Of a stretch of 64,000 nucleotides of DNA, positions 7,795-16,855 are shown piece by piece (position 1 is the stretch's first letter; the number at the start of each line of letters is the position of its first letter). The notes under the pieces are model-generated. The model was given only the letters and a program-made list of their open reading frames with translations. It had not been told where the DNA came from and did no database searches. Both the position numbers and the translations under genes were made by a program. Location of the stretch: the sequence record LC788711.1; one strand, given 5' to 3'. The DNA comes from Escherichia coli phage NG_S8.

Positions 7795-10185
7795 TTACAG
7801 GTTACAACCACCTGATGCACAACCTGCTGCTTCTTCACCAGCTCCACCACCATTTTCAGTGTTGAAGTTAGCGTAGTACCAAGTTTTCCAACCGTACTTA
7901 ACAGCAGTCATGAAATCACGAACTACTACTGGACCAGGAATGATTTCATTCTCAAACTTGGTGTAGTCATAGTACATATTCGTACTGATAGACTGACTGA
8001 AAAATTTCTGCATGGTTGCTACCCATTTGATCCACTCGATACGATCTACATCATAAGCCAGTTTATAGCTCATTAATGTATCCCAATCAGTTGCACCTGG
8101 AGCAATTGCAATTACTTTATTCACTGCACTACCCTTGATAGATACGATCTTACGAGGCGGTTCAATAGAGTTAGTAACACCTAGCAGTACAGAGGAACTT
8201 TCACCTGGCATCTGAGCAGTCAGAACAGAGTTACGCATACCATATTTCAGAATATCTGCACGCAGAGATTCCCAATCCATTTCTAGACCTACAGTTACCA
8301 GTTCATCAACAGTTTTCTTATACGTGTCGATTACCAGAGTTCCTTGTGAAGGCTTAGTACGATTAAACCAGTCACATGCACCCTGTTCTTTGGCCAGACG
8401 TACAGAGGCTTTGTGCAGGAAGTAGGACAGCTTTTCAGCTTCACGGTGAATCCAGTTACGTGCTTCAACACCTTCGTAAGCCAAACCTTCTGCTGCCATT
8501 GCACCTGCTGCGTTCATCAGACCAATACCAACGTTACGACGTTTCTTAGCCGTGTATTCCATAGTTGGGAATGGATAATCCTGAATCTCGATGATTGTAT
8601 CAACGAATTTCAGAAGGATGTAGCAAGTTTTCTCCCATTCAGCCAGAGATTCCATGCGGCCTAGTACAACACCACCTAAGTTACACAGAGATACTTCACC
8701 AATATCTTCTGGACGCATATCGTCTAACTGATCTTGGGTTTTATACAGTTCCGTAATGTGATGGAATGGACGGGTTGGCTGAGTAATTTCAACACAAAGG
8801 TTGGTCATACGAATCGGGTCAAGGAAGTTACCATGACGGTTAGATTCACCAATGTGATGAGCATACATACGCCCCGTTTCCATACGGATACGCAACCAAG
8901 TATCTAGGATTTCTTTTGCAGAGATTCTAGGAGCTGCTGGAATTGTTTTTCCTTCGTGGTCGATCTTTGTAAGAGATGCCACACGTTTCTCCGCTGCCAC
9001 GTAGATTTCTTCAAACTTAGCCTCATCTTCGCCATAAAACGCTTCATGAACTTCTGGTGCGTAGAAATAGGACATTAGCGTAATATCTTCGCTTTTCAGG
9101 TAACGTTTTAACAGAAGGTTGTTAAAGCTCAGAGAGTAATCCATTTTATCGATTTTATTCTCGTCTGTAGCACGTTGTTGTTTAACCTGCATCAACTGAA
9201 TGATTTCAGGATCGAAGTATGGATAAGACACAGTAGCAGAACCGCCACGGGTTTGCTGAGTGTTAGCTTTTACTGAACGGTCAATGTGTCGATAATATGG
9301 CAGTTTTCCGGAATGCGGGAATGCCCCATTTCGCACCGGATCAGCAATTGATCGGCTTTCAAGATGATACCCGATTCCCGCTCTGGCTGCGACCATTTTG
9401 AAGACGATGTGCTCGGCTGTGTCGATTGAATCCAGCGTGTCAGTGGAATCCACGAGGCAACAACTAGCAAATCCACGGTCACTAGAGCGCAGGCCAACCA
9501 GTGGCGGCGTAGGAACGTTGATTTTGTGGAGCGACATTGCATTGTAGAGGTCGATTGCATCTAGAATTGTCCAGTTAGGTTGAGATAACATCGCCATTGC
9601 CATACCCATGTAGGCAAACTGCGGGGTTTCATAAATTTCACCAGTTGCAATATTACGACGAGAATACTTGTCGAAGAACTGTTTCAGTCCACCACTGGTG
9701 AATAAACGATCGCGATCATGATCAATAACTTGGTTCAGAGCGTCAAACTGATCATCGCTAATCCATGCACTCATGTCTTCCCAAGCGCCAACACGAACCA
9801 TATGATCGTGGAAGAAACGCAGAGAAGGTGGTTCGAAGGAATCATATAGGCGTTTACGCATCTGCGCAAGACGTAATTCCTTTGCTGGCACATCGTATGC
9901 TGGATTATCTTTGATAAGACCTTCAGCGGCTTTAATTAACGCATCCATTAGGGTATCGGAATCTACAACACCTTTAGGTAGAGTTTTTTGAGCAGACATA
10001 GTGATGGCTGACCAGCTCACATCAACTGTTTTGCAGCCATATACTGCCCAACCATTGAGTTTTTCAGGAGCAAAGTCTTCTACAGTACCGTCACGTTTAA
10101 TTACTTTTGTAATTCTAAAGTCCATTGCGGTTTCCTTTTTATAGTTCTCAGGATTTAGATAGTATTCTACTTTGTTTTGAGTCAT
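7795..10185 (-). CDS. nrdA: ribonucleotide reductase class Ia alpha subunit
   Basis: ATP-cone ITKVIKRDGTVEDF, C-terminal Cys pair (GCASGGC), 796 aa; true start may be the internal Met of MDFRITKV. Confidence 0.95.
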   Translation of the reverse strand: MTQNKVEYYLNPENYKKETAMDFRITKVIKRDGTVEDFAPEKLNGWAVYGCKTVDVSWSAITMSAQKTLPKGVVDSDTLMDALIKAAEGLIKDNPAYDVPAKELRLAQMRKRLYDSFEPPSLRFFHDHMVRVGAWEDMSAWISDDQFDALNQVIDHDRDRLFTSGGLKQFFDKYSRRNIATGEIYETPQFAYMGMAMAMLSQPNWTILDAIDLYNAMSLHKINVPTPPLVGLRSSDRGFASCCLVDSTDTLDSIDTAEHIVFKMVAARAGIGYHLESRSIADPVRNGAFPHSGKLPYYRHIDRSVKANTQQTRGGSATVSYPYFDPEIIQLMQVKQQRATDENKIDKMDYSLSFNNLLLKRYLKSEDITLMSYFYAPEVHEAFYGEDEAKFEEIYVAAEKRVASLTKIDHEGKTIPAAPRISAKEILDTWLRIRMETGRMYAHHIGESNRHGNFLDPIRMTNLCVEITQPTRPFHHITELYKTQDQLDDMRPEDIGEVSLCNLGGVVLGRMESLAEWEKTCYILLKFVDTIIEIQDYPFPTMEYTAKKRRNVGIGLMNAAGAMAAEGLAYEGVEARNWIHREAEKLSYFLHKASVRLAKEQGACDWFNRTKPSQGTLVIDTYKKTVDELVTVGLEMDWESLRADILKYGMRNSVLTAQMPGESSSVLLGVTNSIEPPRKIVSIKGSAVNKVIAIAPGATDWDTLMSYKLAYDVDRIEWIKWVATMQKFFSQSISTNMYYDYTKFENEIIPGPVVVRDFMTAVKYGWKTWYYANFNTENGGGAGEEAAGCASGGCNL

Positions 10186-10248
10186 TATGCAAGTACAATT
10201 TTTCAGATAAAAAGAGCCCGGATATTTTCATACCCAGGCTCGTCTGTC

Positions 10249-10491
10249 TTACCATTTAAGTTTATCGGCTTGATCAAGTAATTGCTGTTGTATTTCTTGG
10301 TTAAAGAGAATATCTACAGAAGTACTTAGTTCATTATAATTGAAAGGCCGATTTGGATTAGAGGCTACAATTTTCCACGCTAGGGTAGTCTTAGGACTTT
10401 CTTCCCCTTCCTTACGTGTAATCATATTAGCAGCGCTCAGTGAAGTACGGTGGATCTTAGTTTTGCGGTGCAGATGTACGACGTTTCCCAT
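10249..10491 (-). CDS. hypothetical protein
   Basis: 80 aa ORF between nrdA and phoH. Confidence 0.4.
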   Translation of the reverse strand: MGNVVHLHRKTKIHRTSLSAANMITRKEGEESPKTTLAWKIVASNPNRPFNYNELSTSVDILFNQEIQQQLLDQADKLKW

Positions 10492-10492
10492 A

Positions 10493-11254
10493 TTACACCT
10501 TCCCCATATCCTTAAAGATATCGTAGAATGCTTTAGACTCTGGTGAGCGAACGTTGTCGATCAGTTCGATCATAGAGAAAGGAGAGTTTTCGTACTTCTC
10601 ATAGACTTCCATAAGAAGTGCTAGACCTGAATCACCCTTGATGTCTTTCTGAGCTATATCCCCACAGATAATTAAACGACAATCTTGTCCTACACGAGTC
10701 AGGAGACAGATCATTGCTTCAACGGAGATATTCTGAGCTTCATCGACAATAACATAGGAGTTGTTGAAAGTTCGACCACGGGCATGTTCGATAGCCAGGA
10801 ATTTGATTTTCTGACGTTCGACATATCCTTTGTAGGCGTGATCACCGATTGCCCATTTCATGCCATCGGCTATTGGTTCCAACCAAGGCTCTAGCTTTTC
10901 TGCCAGATCACCTGGGAGCATACCAAGAGATTTACCTAGAGGTTCGTTCGGACGCACGAGGATCACTTGCTCAATATCTGAGTGAATGTCTACGAGTTCC
11001 TGAGCTGCAAGAACGGATGGAATAAAGGTTTTACCAGTACCTGGTTCACCAATACCCACAGTCACTGTATTGTTCTTGATCATATTGATATATGATTTTT
11101 GCTCACGGTTTTTACCAACTAGGGATTTAGCAACTGGATTGGCGTAATCACCAGAGAAATCTGCTTGAATTACGTTACTCTCATACTTGTTGCCACGCTT
11201 TCTTGAACCATTGCGGTTCTCTCTTTTTTGACGTGCTTTTCCCATAAATAACAC
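10493..11254 (-). CDS. phoH: PhoH-like ATPase
   Basis: Walker A GEPGTGKTF, Walker B VIVDEAQN, 253 aa. Confidence 0.9.
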   Translation of the reverse strand: MLFMGKARQKRENRNGSRKRGNKYESNVIQADFSGDYANPVAKSLVGKNREQKSYINMIKNNTVTVGIGEPGTGKTFIPSVLAAQELVDIHSDIEQVILVRPNEPLGKSLGMLPGDLAEKLEPWLEPIADGMKWAIGDHAYKGYVERQKIKFLAIEHARGRTFNNSYVIVDEAQNISVEAMICLLTRVGQDCRLIICGDIAQKDIKGDSGLALLMEVYEKYENSPFSMIELIDNVRSPESKAFYDIFKDMGKV

Positions 11255-11539
11255 TCCTATAGTGTACTTCGCTAACAGAGGATCAACAAAAAGATCTTGT
11301 TTATCAACTTACAAATATATTATACCAATATATACGGGAGAAAGCAACTACAATTTTAAATAAGCCTATGATATTGCATTTAAATAAAAAATTTGCTTGC
11401 TTTTATTGGGAGATGTATGGTACTAGATAATCATTTTATATCGCGTACACGGGTGCGTGATTATACTATTTTTAGTAGAGGTTGGCAAATAAAATTTTTT
11501 GACTCAGATCATGTTACAGAACTTTATAGTAAAATATTG

Positions 11540-11568
11540 TTGACATCCGCCTTCGAATGAGTTATAAT
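11540..11568 (+). promoter_or_regulatory. consensus sigma70 promoter (TTGACA-17 bp-TATAAT) for nrdD
   Basis: TTGACA 11540-11545, 17 bp spacer, TATAAT 11563-11568; GGAGGG RBS before the ATG at 11598. Confidence 0.75.
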
Positions 11569-11597
11569 AGTAGTCTTAGTTAGAGAAGGAGGGTATA

Positions 11598-13472
11598 ATG
11601 AATCGCAATGAAGAACTAAAGTATAAAGGAATGCAGTCCTTGATTCGAAACTGCAAAGAAATTATCGAAGGTTCAGCAGATGAAGAGCTGCTGTTTAATA
11701 ATGCCAATAAGCCCTCAGAACGTTTCCCTACACAAAGGGATATGCTTGCAGGGGAATTGAGTAAATATCTGATTCTGGAAGAAATGCCAATCCAGATTCG
11801 AAATGCTCACATGATTGGTGATATTCACTTCCATGATGCTGATTACGCTGCGTTAGGTATGACTAACTGTTGCCTGGTTGCTTTGGAAGATATGTTGAAG
11901 AATGGTATGAAGGTTGGTAATGCTGAAATCAGTACACCAAACTCTATTACTACTGCGGCTGCTATCACAGCTCAGATTATCACTCAGGTTAGTTCACATC
12001 AATATGGGGGTACTTCTGTAGACCGATTAGATGAAGTATTGGCTCCTTATGTTCGTAAGTCTTATGATAAGAATCATGCGTTTGCAAAGCGTTGGACTAA
12101 GGATGAAGCTAAAGCATCTGTAATGGCTACGGAAATGACTGAGAAAGAAGTTTACGATGCCTGTCAGGGCCTGGAGTATGAAATCAATACGATGTTCAAC
12201 TCTAATGGTCAAAGTCCGTTTATTACCTTTGGTTTTGGTCTAGGAACTTCTTTGGAAGCACGTCTTGTACAGAAAGCAATACTAGAAGTACGTATGGATG
12301 GTTTGGGTATCAATAAACGTACAGCTATCTTCCCTAAACTGGTATTTGTTTTGCGTGAGGGCGTAAACATGAAACCTGGTGATGTTAACTATGATATCAA
12401 GAAGTTAGCTATGAAATGTACTGCTGAACGTATGTATCCTGACTACATCAGTTATGATAAGGTTGTAGAAGTTACGGGGGACTACAAAGTCTCTATGGGC
12501 TGTCGTTCGTTCCTGGCTGCTGCGGAAGATGGTGAAACTTCTGGTCGTAACAACTTAGGCGTTGTTTCCGTAAACCTTCCTCGAATCGCTATCGAAGCGG
12601 AAGGAAATATTGATCTATTCTTCGATCTGCTTGAGCTGCGTGTGGATACCGCGTTAAAAGCATTGGAGTGGAGGGTTGATCGCTTAAAATACATTCAAGC
12701 TAAAGCTGCGCCCATCCTCTATATGTCAGGAGCCTTTGGATTACGTCTGGGGCCAGATGAATATGTATTTGATCATTTCTACAAGCGTGCTTCTGTATCT
12801 CTAGGGTATATTGGTTGCCACGAAATGTTGCAGCTCATGTTTGGTAAAGATGTAGATACAATGTCTGAGTCTTGTATCAAGTTCGTTCAACGTGTGCTAC
12901 AATACATGCGTGATCGTGCTGATCAGAAGAAGGAAGAGACTCAATTAGGGTATAGTCTGTATGCTACACCATCTGAATCTCTATGTGACCGCTTCTGTCG
13001 CCTAGACCGTGAGTATTTCCCAGAGCATGAAGATATTCTGGCTAAAGGATATTACACTAATTCCCATCACCTTGATGTAGAACGTAAGGTTGCTCCAAAT
13101 GTGAAGTTTGATTATGAGTCTAACTTTACTCCTATTGCTTCTGGTGGGTGCATTTCCTATGTGGAATTACCGGATATGAAACGATTCCCTGATGCACTGG
13201 AATGGGTTATTAACTATGCTGCAAGTAAAGTTCATTACTTCGGTATTAATACTCCAGTAGACTCTTGTGGGGAATGTGGGTTCTTGGGTGAAACTATAGC
13301 TTCTGAGGATGGTTTCAAATGCCCAATTTGTGGCAATCATGATCCTGAGACTCTTGAGGTAACTCGTCGAGTTTGTGGATATCTTGGAAATCCAGGTGCT
13401 CGTCCGTTTAACCCAGGTAAACAACATGAGGTTATGGGTCGAGTGAAACATCAAGACATTCGCGCTAAATAA
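11598..13472 (+). CDS. nrdD: anaerobic ribonucleoside-triphosphate reductase (class III)
   Basis: C-terminal glycyl-radical motif RVCGYLG and Zn ribbon CGECGF...CPICG, 624 aa. Confidence 0.95.
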   Translation: MNRNEELKYKGMQSLIRNCKEIIEGSADEELLFNNANKPSERFPTQRDMLAGELSKYLILEEMPIQIRNAHMIGDIHFHDADYAALGMTNCCLVALEDMLKNGMKVGNAEISTPNSITTAAAITAQIITQVSSHQYGGTSVDRLDEVLAPYVRKSYDKNHAFAKRWTKDEAKASVMATEMTEKEVYDACQGLEYEINTMFNSNGQSPFITFGFGLGTSLEARLVQKAILEVRMDGLGINKRTAIFPKLVFVLREGVNMKPGDVNYDIKKLAMKCTAERMYPDYISYDKVVEVTGDYKVSMGCRSFLAAAEDGETSGRNNLGVVSVNLPRIAIEAEGNIDLFFDLLELRVDTALKALEWRVDRLKYIQAKAAPILYMSGAFGLRLGPDEYVFDHFYKRASVSLGYIGCHEMLQLMFGKDVDTMSESCIKFVQRVLQYMRDRADQKKEETQLGYSLYATPSESLCDRFCRLDREYFPEHEDILAKGYYTNSHHLDVERKVAPNVKFDYESNFTPIASGGCISYVELPDMKRFPDALEWVINYAASKVHYFGINTPVDSCGECGFLGETIASEDGFKCPICGNHDPETLEVTRRVCGYLGNPGARPFNPGKQHEVMGRVKHQDIRAK

Positions 13473-13478
13473 TGAATC

Positions 13479-13512
13479 AGCCAGGTTGCTAGTCGACCTG
13501 GCTTTTATTTTA
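13479..13512 (+). terminator. putative intrinsic terminator after nrdD
   Basis: Short GC hairpin (CAGGT...ACCTG) followed by a T-rich tract. Confidence 0.4.
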
Positions 13513-13513
13513 T

Positions 13514-13542
13514 TTGCTTTCGAGCTAAAACTTATGTATAAT
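13514..13542 (+). promoter_or_regulatory. early sigma70 promoter with conserved leader
   Basis: TTGCTT-17 bp-TATAAT followed by TGATTTATAAATTTGAGAGGAGAAAGCT-ATG. Confidence 0.65.
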
Positions 13543-13570
13543 TGATTTATAAATTTGAGAGGAGAAAGCT

Positions 13571-13852
13571 ATGAGCGAATTGCTTCCGAAAGTAGATGTT
13601 TCCCATCTTGGAGAGCCTAGTGAAGAACGTAAGGCTCTAGATTGGTTGGGCGGATTTGATTATCGTCGTGTTGTTGCAACATGGAATGATAAGAAAGTTA
13701 AGAAGTTTCGGGTACATTATGTAGGTAAAGACAAGTGGCTCTGGATTGATTATGAAGAATCGAAGGGGTCTACTAAGGCTGTGAAAATTTATCGTATGTA
13801 TGGGTATTATTATGCTCACTGTGATAAGAATGAATTTACAGTACAGAACTAA
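13571..13852 (+). CDS. hypothetical protein
   Basis: 93 aa ORF directly downstream of promoter and leader. Confidence 0.55.
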   Translation: MSELLPKVDVSHLGEPSEERKALDWLGGFDYRRVVATWNDKKVKKFRVHYVGKDKWLWIDYEESKGSTKAVKIYRMYGYYYAHCDKNEFTVQN

Positions 13853-13861
13853 GGAATAAGA

Positions 13862-14065
13862 ATGAAAAACGTAAAACATCTTAAATATCGCTTAATTTAC
13901 AACGGACGTATGGAAACAGAAGATCTAGCTCAGCTAGCGATCAATTCAGATGAAGTTACAGTTCGTGCTTTGTCCATCGAGAAGCTGCGTGCTTCTTATG
14001 AAAATCGTATTATGGAATTGGAGGAAAAACTTTATGGACTTCTTGAATCAGAATCTAAAAAGTAA
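13862..14065 (+). CDS. hypothetical protein
   Basis: 67 aa ORF; AGGAAT 5 nt upstream of the ATG. Confidence 0.45.
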   Translation: MKNVKHLKYRLIYNGRMETEDLAQLAINSDEVTVRALSIEKLRASYENRIMELEEKLYGLLESESKK

Positions 14066-14228
14066 TTTAGAAAATATGCTTATGGAGCAGTGGAATGCTG
14101 GGTATAATGCTGGAGTAGCTACCTGTATTGCTGGTTTGGATATGCTTATTAAGCAAGAGAAGGTTCGCCCAGAAGAAGCAATTCTGCTCCAAAATATCAT
14201 CGAAGGATTCAAGCAAGGAATCATATAA
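14034..14228 (+). CDS. hypothetical protein (start uncertain; the track begins this frame at 13950)
   Basis: ATG at 14034 (MDFLNQ...) gives a 64 aa product ending just before the Sir2-like gene; overlaps the previous ORF in another frame. Confidence 0.35.
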   Translation: MDFLNQNLKSNLENMLMEQWNAGYNAGVATCIAGLDMLIKQEKVRPEEAILLQNIIEGFKQGII

Positions 14229-15079
14229 TGCGTAGACTAATCGTTGTTAGTGGTGCAGGTTTGAGTGTAGATAGTGGTGTTCGTGCTTTCCGTACTGATA
14301 CTGCTAGTGGGAAATCCTTGTGGGATGAGTACGATCTAGAGGAAGTATGTAGCTTGCCTAACTTTGAAGCTGGCTTCCGTCGCTTCTGTGGTGAAGATGA
14401 TCCTAACTACTTCAGTGCTCGTTTCCCTGGCATTGATAAAGATGGTAACGATCTGTATCTCAAGACTCATGAGTTCTACAACATGCGTCGTCAGGAATTA
14501 CAGACTGTTGAGCCTAACATTGCCCATCTGCGAATTGCAGAATGGTTCCAGCGTTATGGTGCGGATAGCGTGAAGAACTTCACTACTAACGTTGATGACC
14601 TTCTGGAACGTGCTGGTATCCCTCGTGATGAAATCATTCACGCTCACGGGTACTTGAAAGAGGTGATCTATCGTCAGGGTCGCAACCAAATCATCGAAGA
14701 TGTTGGGTATACTGCGATTGCCCCTGAGGATTACGAATGGGTAAAACCAAACGTAACATTCTTTGGTGAGACGGCTCCGTGGTATATGGGTCAGATTAAC
14801 CTGTTTGATACACTTACTAGCAATGATATGGTTATTGTAGTAGGTTGTAGCAACCAAGTAATCGACTTCAACTGGGAGCTATTTCCTGCTGTATGTCGTG
14901 GAACTAAGATGATGGTTGTTAACCCACAAGTTCGTTATGACGAACAGCTTGAGTATGAGAAACGTGGTGTTACTGTATGGCGTGCTGGAGCTGCCGAAGT
15001 TTTTGGTAATAAACACTTTATTGATCAAGTTGAAGCTTTTATGGAGGGAAATATTTATGTCCCAGAAAAGCATGTGTGA
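14228..15079 (+). CDS. Sir2 (sirtuin)-like NAD-binding protein
   Basis: VVSGAGLSVDSGVRAFR (GAGIS..SGIP.FR), TTNVDDLLERAG (TQNIDGLHERAG), HAHG (catalytic His), VVGCS (VVGTS); no CxxC...CxxC zinc ribbon. Confidence 0.8.
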   Translation: MRRLIVVSGAGLSVDSGVRAFRTDTASGKSLWDEYDLEEVCSLPNFEAGFRRFCGEDDPNYFSARFPGIDKDGNDLYLKTHEFYNMRRQELQTVEPNIAHLRIAEWFQRYGADSVKNFTTNVDDLLERAGIPRDEIIHAHGYLKEVIYRQGRNQIIEDVGYTAIAPEDYEWVKPNVTFFGETAPWYMGQINLFDTLTSNDMVIVVGCSNQVIDFNWELFPAVCRGTKMMVVNPQVRYDEQLEYEKRGVTVWRAGAAEVFGNKHFIDQVEAFMEGNIYVPEKHV

Positions 15080-15239
15080 TCTTTTAGTATGGCCAGACGG
15101 TAGTTGGTGCTACCGTTTCGAATTTGCTACTGATGACTTCTCATGGAAGAGTGATGATTTCTGCGTTATCTATGAGGATACAGCAGAATGGAAAGAGTTC
15201 CTTATTAAGGAGGGAGAATATGGTGAAGAAGATTTTTAA
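15055..15239 (+). CDS. small hypothetical protein
   Basis: ATG at 15055 with GGAGGG 8 nt upstream; 61 aa; overlaps the Sir2-like stop. Confidence 0.4.
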
Positions 15240-15405
15240 GGGTATCTGGAAAGGTCTAGTATGGTTTGTCAACCTAATCGGTATGATTACCATTTATTCT
15301 CTGTTCCTATCTGTTATGTGGGGTAAAGGTGAATTGAAGGTTCCAGTTCCTTTTACTGATGAAGTTAAAGTCTGGACGTGGGATGCTACTGGTGGAAATA
15401 AGTAA
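15220..15405 (+). CDS. small membrane protein
   Basis: ATG at 15220 after AGGAGGGAGA; 61 aa with one hydrophobic helix (GLVWFVNLIGMITIYSLFLSVMW). Confidence 0.45.
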   Translation: MVKKIFKGIWKGLVWFVNLIGMITIYSLFLSVMWGKGELKVPVPFTDEVKVWTWDATGGNK

Positions 15406-15899
15406 TACTCCTGTGATTTTCCTGGATATTGATGGGGTGCTCAATTCGAGCATCTCTCACCATCATGCTCCAGATAGTGAGAAGCTATTCTTTGGGGGTG
15501 ATTGGGTTTACAAGCCATTACTCCAGGCTTTTCAGAACTTTCTTGAGCCATCCCCAATAATGATTGTTGGGGTATCTTCATGGTTTTCTGTACGAAATGA
15601 AATGGAGAACGTTCAGATTATGACCGGACTCGGTTTGATCGATCGTTTTCTTGGTACAACAGATTTTACTGGAGGTGGTTTATCTCGGGGGTAATTCTGT
15701 TTTACGTTTTGTCGAAAAATATAAGCTCAAGCATTGGTGTGTCCTAGATGATGCTGGTGCTATGATGTATCAATTTCCTACTGTTATTGTAAACGGCAGG
15801 ACTGGAATAAACCTTCAAGATTTAAACGCTATCAGCTATATGCTGGAGTTTAGTCCAGATCTTGAAATGTGTAAGGCTCTTCAGAAACTTAAGGTATAA
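15359..15899 (+). pseudogene. HAD-superfamily phosphatase-like gene split by a frameshift at a G5 run (15687-15691)
   Basis: HAD motif I FLDIDGVLNS in frame A (15359-15694), motif-III-like VLDDAG in frame B (15651-15899); removing one G from GGGGG joins the frames into one ORF of about 180 aa. Confidence 0.5.
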
Positions 15900-15901
15900 G
15901 C

Positions 15902-16330
15902 ATGTTCAATAATATTTTCATGAAAGAGGTAAATCCTATGCTTCTCAACTTCTGGCGCTCTCTCCCTAATGGTATGTATAATGAAACCATCAATCTCCTT
16001 AAGATTTGGTGTGAGAATAACGATATCTTCCTGTCTTTTAAAGGCCCGCTAGAGGAAGCTCCGTGTATTGGAGTTAGTGTGGATTTAGGCGAGGGAGTAG
16101 AAGAGATTGTAGACTGGAAAGAACTTGATGAAATGGGTCTGGTTTTTGCCTTGAACCATAAGCTGTTTATGCCTGCAAATCACCGTCTTATTGTAAATTA
16201 TCGCACTGGTGAAGCTCCTGCTTTCCAGGTAAATGAACGTGAGGGCTGGTCATACTCGCCCGGGGAAGTAAATGAGGGGATTCAGAAACTTCGTCGTTTC
16301 GGGTATATGATCCCAGGTTTAACTGCTTAA
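15902..16330 (+). CDS. hypothetical protein, paralog A of a tandem pair
   Basis: 142 aa; C-terminal region aligns to the next ORF (W.EL..MGL..ALN...F.P......TGE.P...V.....W.Y...........L.R.G...PGL). Confidence 0.6.
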   Translation: MFNNIFMKEVNPMLLNFWRSLPNGMYNETINLLKIWCENNDIFLSFKGPLEEAPCIGVSVDLGEGVEEIVDWKELDEMGLVFALNHKLFMPANHRLIVNYRTGEAPAFQVNEREGWSYSPGEVNEGIQKLRRFGYMIPGLTA

Positions 16331-16339
16331 GGAGGCAGA

Positions 16340-16735
16340 ATGGAACAAGTATTTTGGCGTCAGATAGATCCTAGTTTGGTAGAGCGTGCTGAGGGGCTCC
16401 TTGCACGTTGGTTGGGGGTTGACAAGGTTAGTGTAACATTTCCGTTTACTTCTGTAACAGACCCTAGTGTAGGAGTCTTTGTGGATGAAGATGAAGATGA
16501 TGGTTGGGAAGCTGACTGGAATGAATTGTCCAGCATGGGCTTGATTGTTGCCCTCAACTTCTCTATATTCCATCCACGTGGCTTAGCCATTACACGTGAC
16601 CCCGAAACTGGTGAATCCCCTTATCTTTTGCAAGTAGAAGATGATATTTGGGAGTACACCGAAGATATTCTCGAAGAAGCTAAAGGTCACTTAAATCGCA
16701 TTGGGATCTATGTCCCAGGCCTAAATGATGATTGA
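16340..16735 (+). CDS. hypothetical protein, paralog B of a tandem pair
   Basis: 131 aa; shares the motif skeleton of the preceding ORF; GGAGGCAGA RBS before the ATG. Confidence 0.6.
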   Translation: MEQVFWRQIDPSLVERAEGLLARWLGVDKVSVTFPFTSVTDPSVGVFVDEDEDDGWEADWNELSSMGLIVALNFSIFHPRGLAITRDPETGESPYLLQVEDDIWEYTEDILEEAKGHLNRIGIYVPGLNDD

Positions 16736-16759
16736 TTTTCATTAGCCCAATCCTGATTA

Positions 16760-16786
16760 CCGAGTCATTTTGGCTCGGTTTTCTCT
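16760..16786 (+). terminator. intrinsic terminator
   Basis: Hairpin CCGAGTC-ATTTT-GGCTCGG followed by TTTTCTCT. Confidence 0.6.
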
Positions 16787-16826
16787 GTGCTCAAAGACAC
16801 TGATAGCACCTTCGGAAAAATTTTAC

Positions 16827-16855
16827 TTGCAGGATGCTCAAAATCTTGATATAAT
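16827..16855 (+). promoter_or_regulatory. early sigma70 promoter with conserved leader, about 500 nt upstream of the next start codon
   Basis: TTGCAG-17 bp-TATAAT then ATTTATATTGAATTGAGAGACATTAG, resembling the other early leaders. Confidence 0.55.

Noticed and set aside
14916-15405. Track ORFs 14916-15239 and 15124-15405 as drawn
   Set aside because: Their 5' parts overlap the Sir2-like gene out of frame; the RBS-supported internal starts at 15055 and 15220 give shorter, more plausible small genes.
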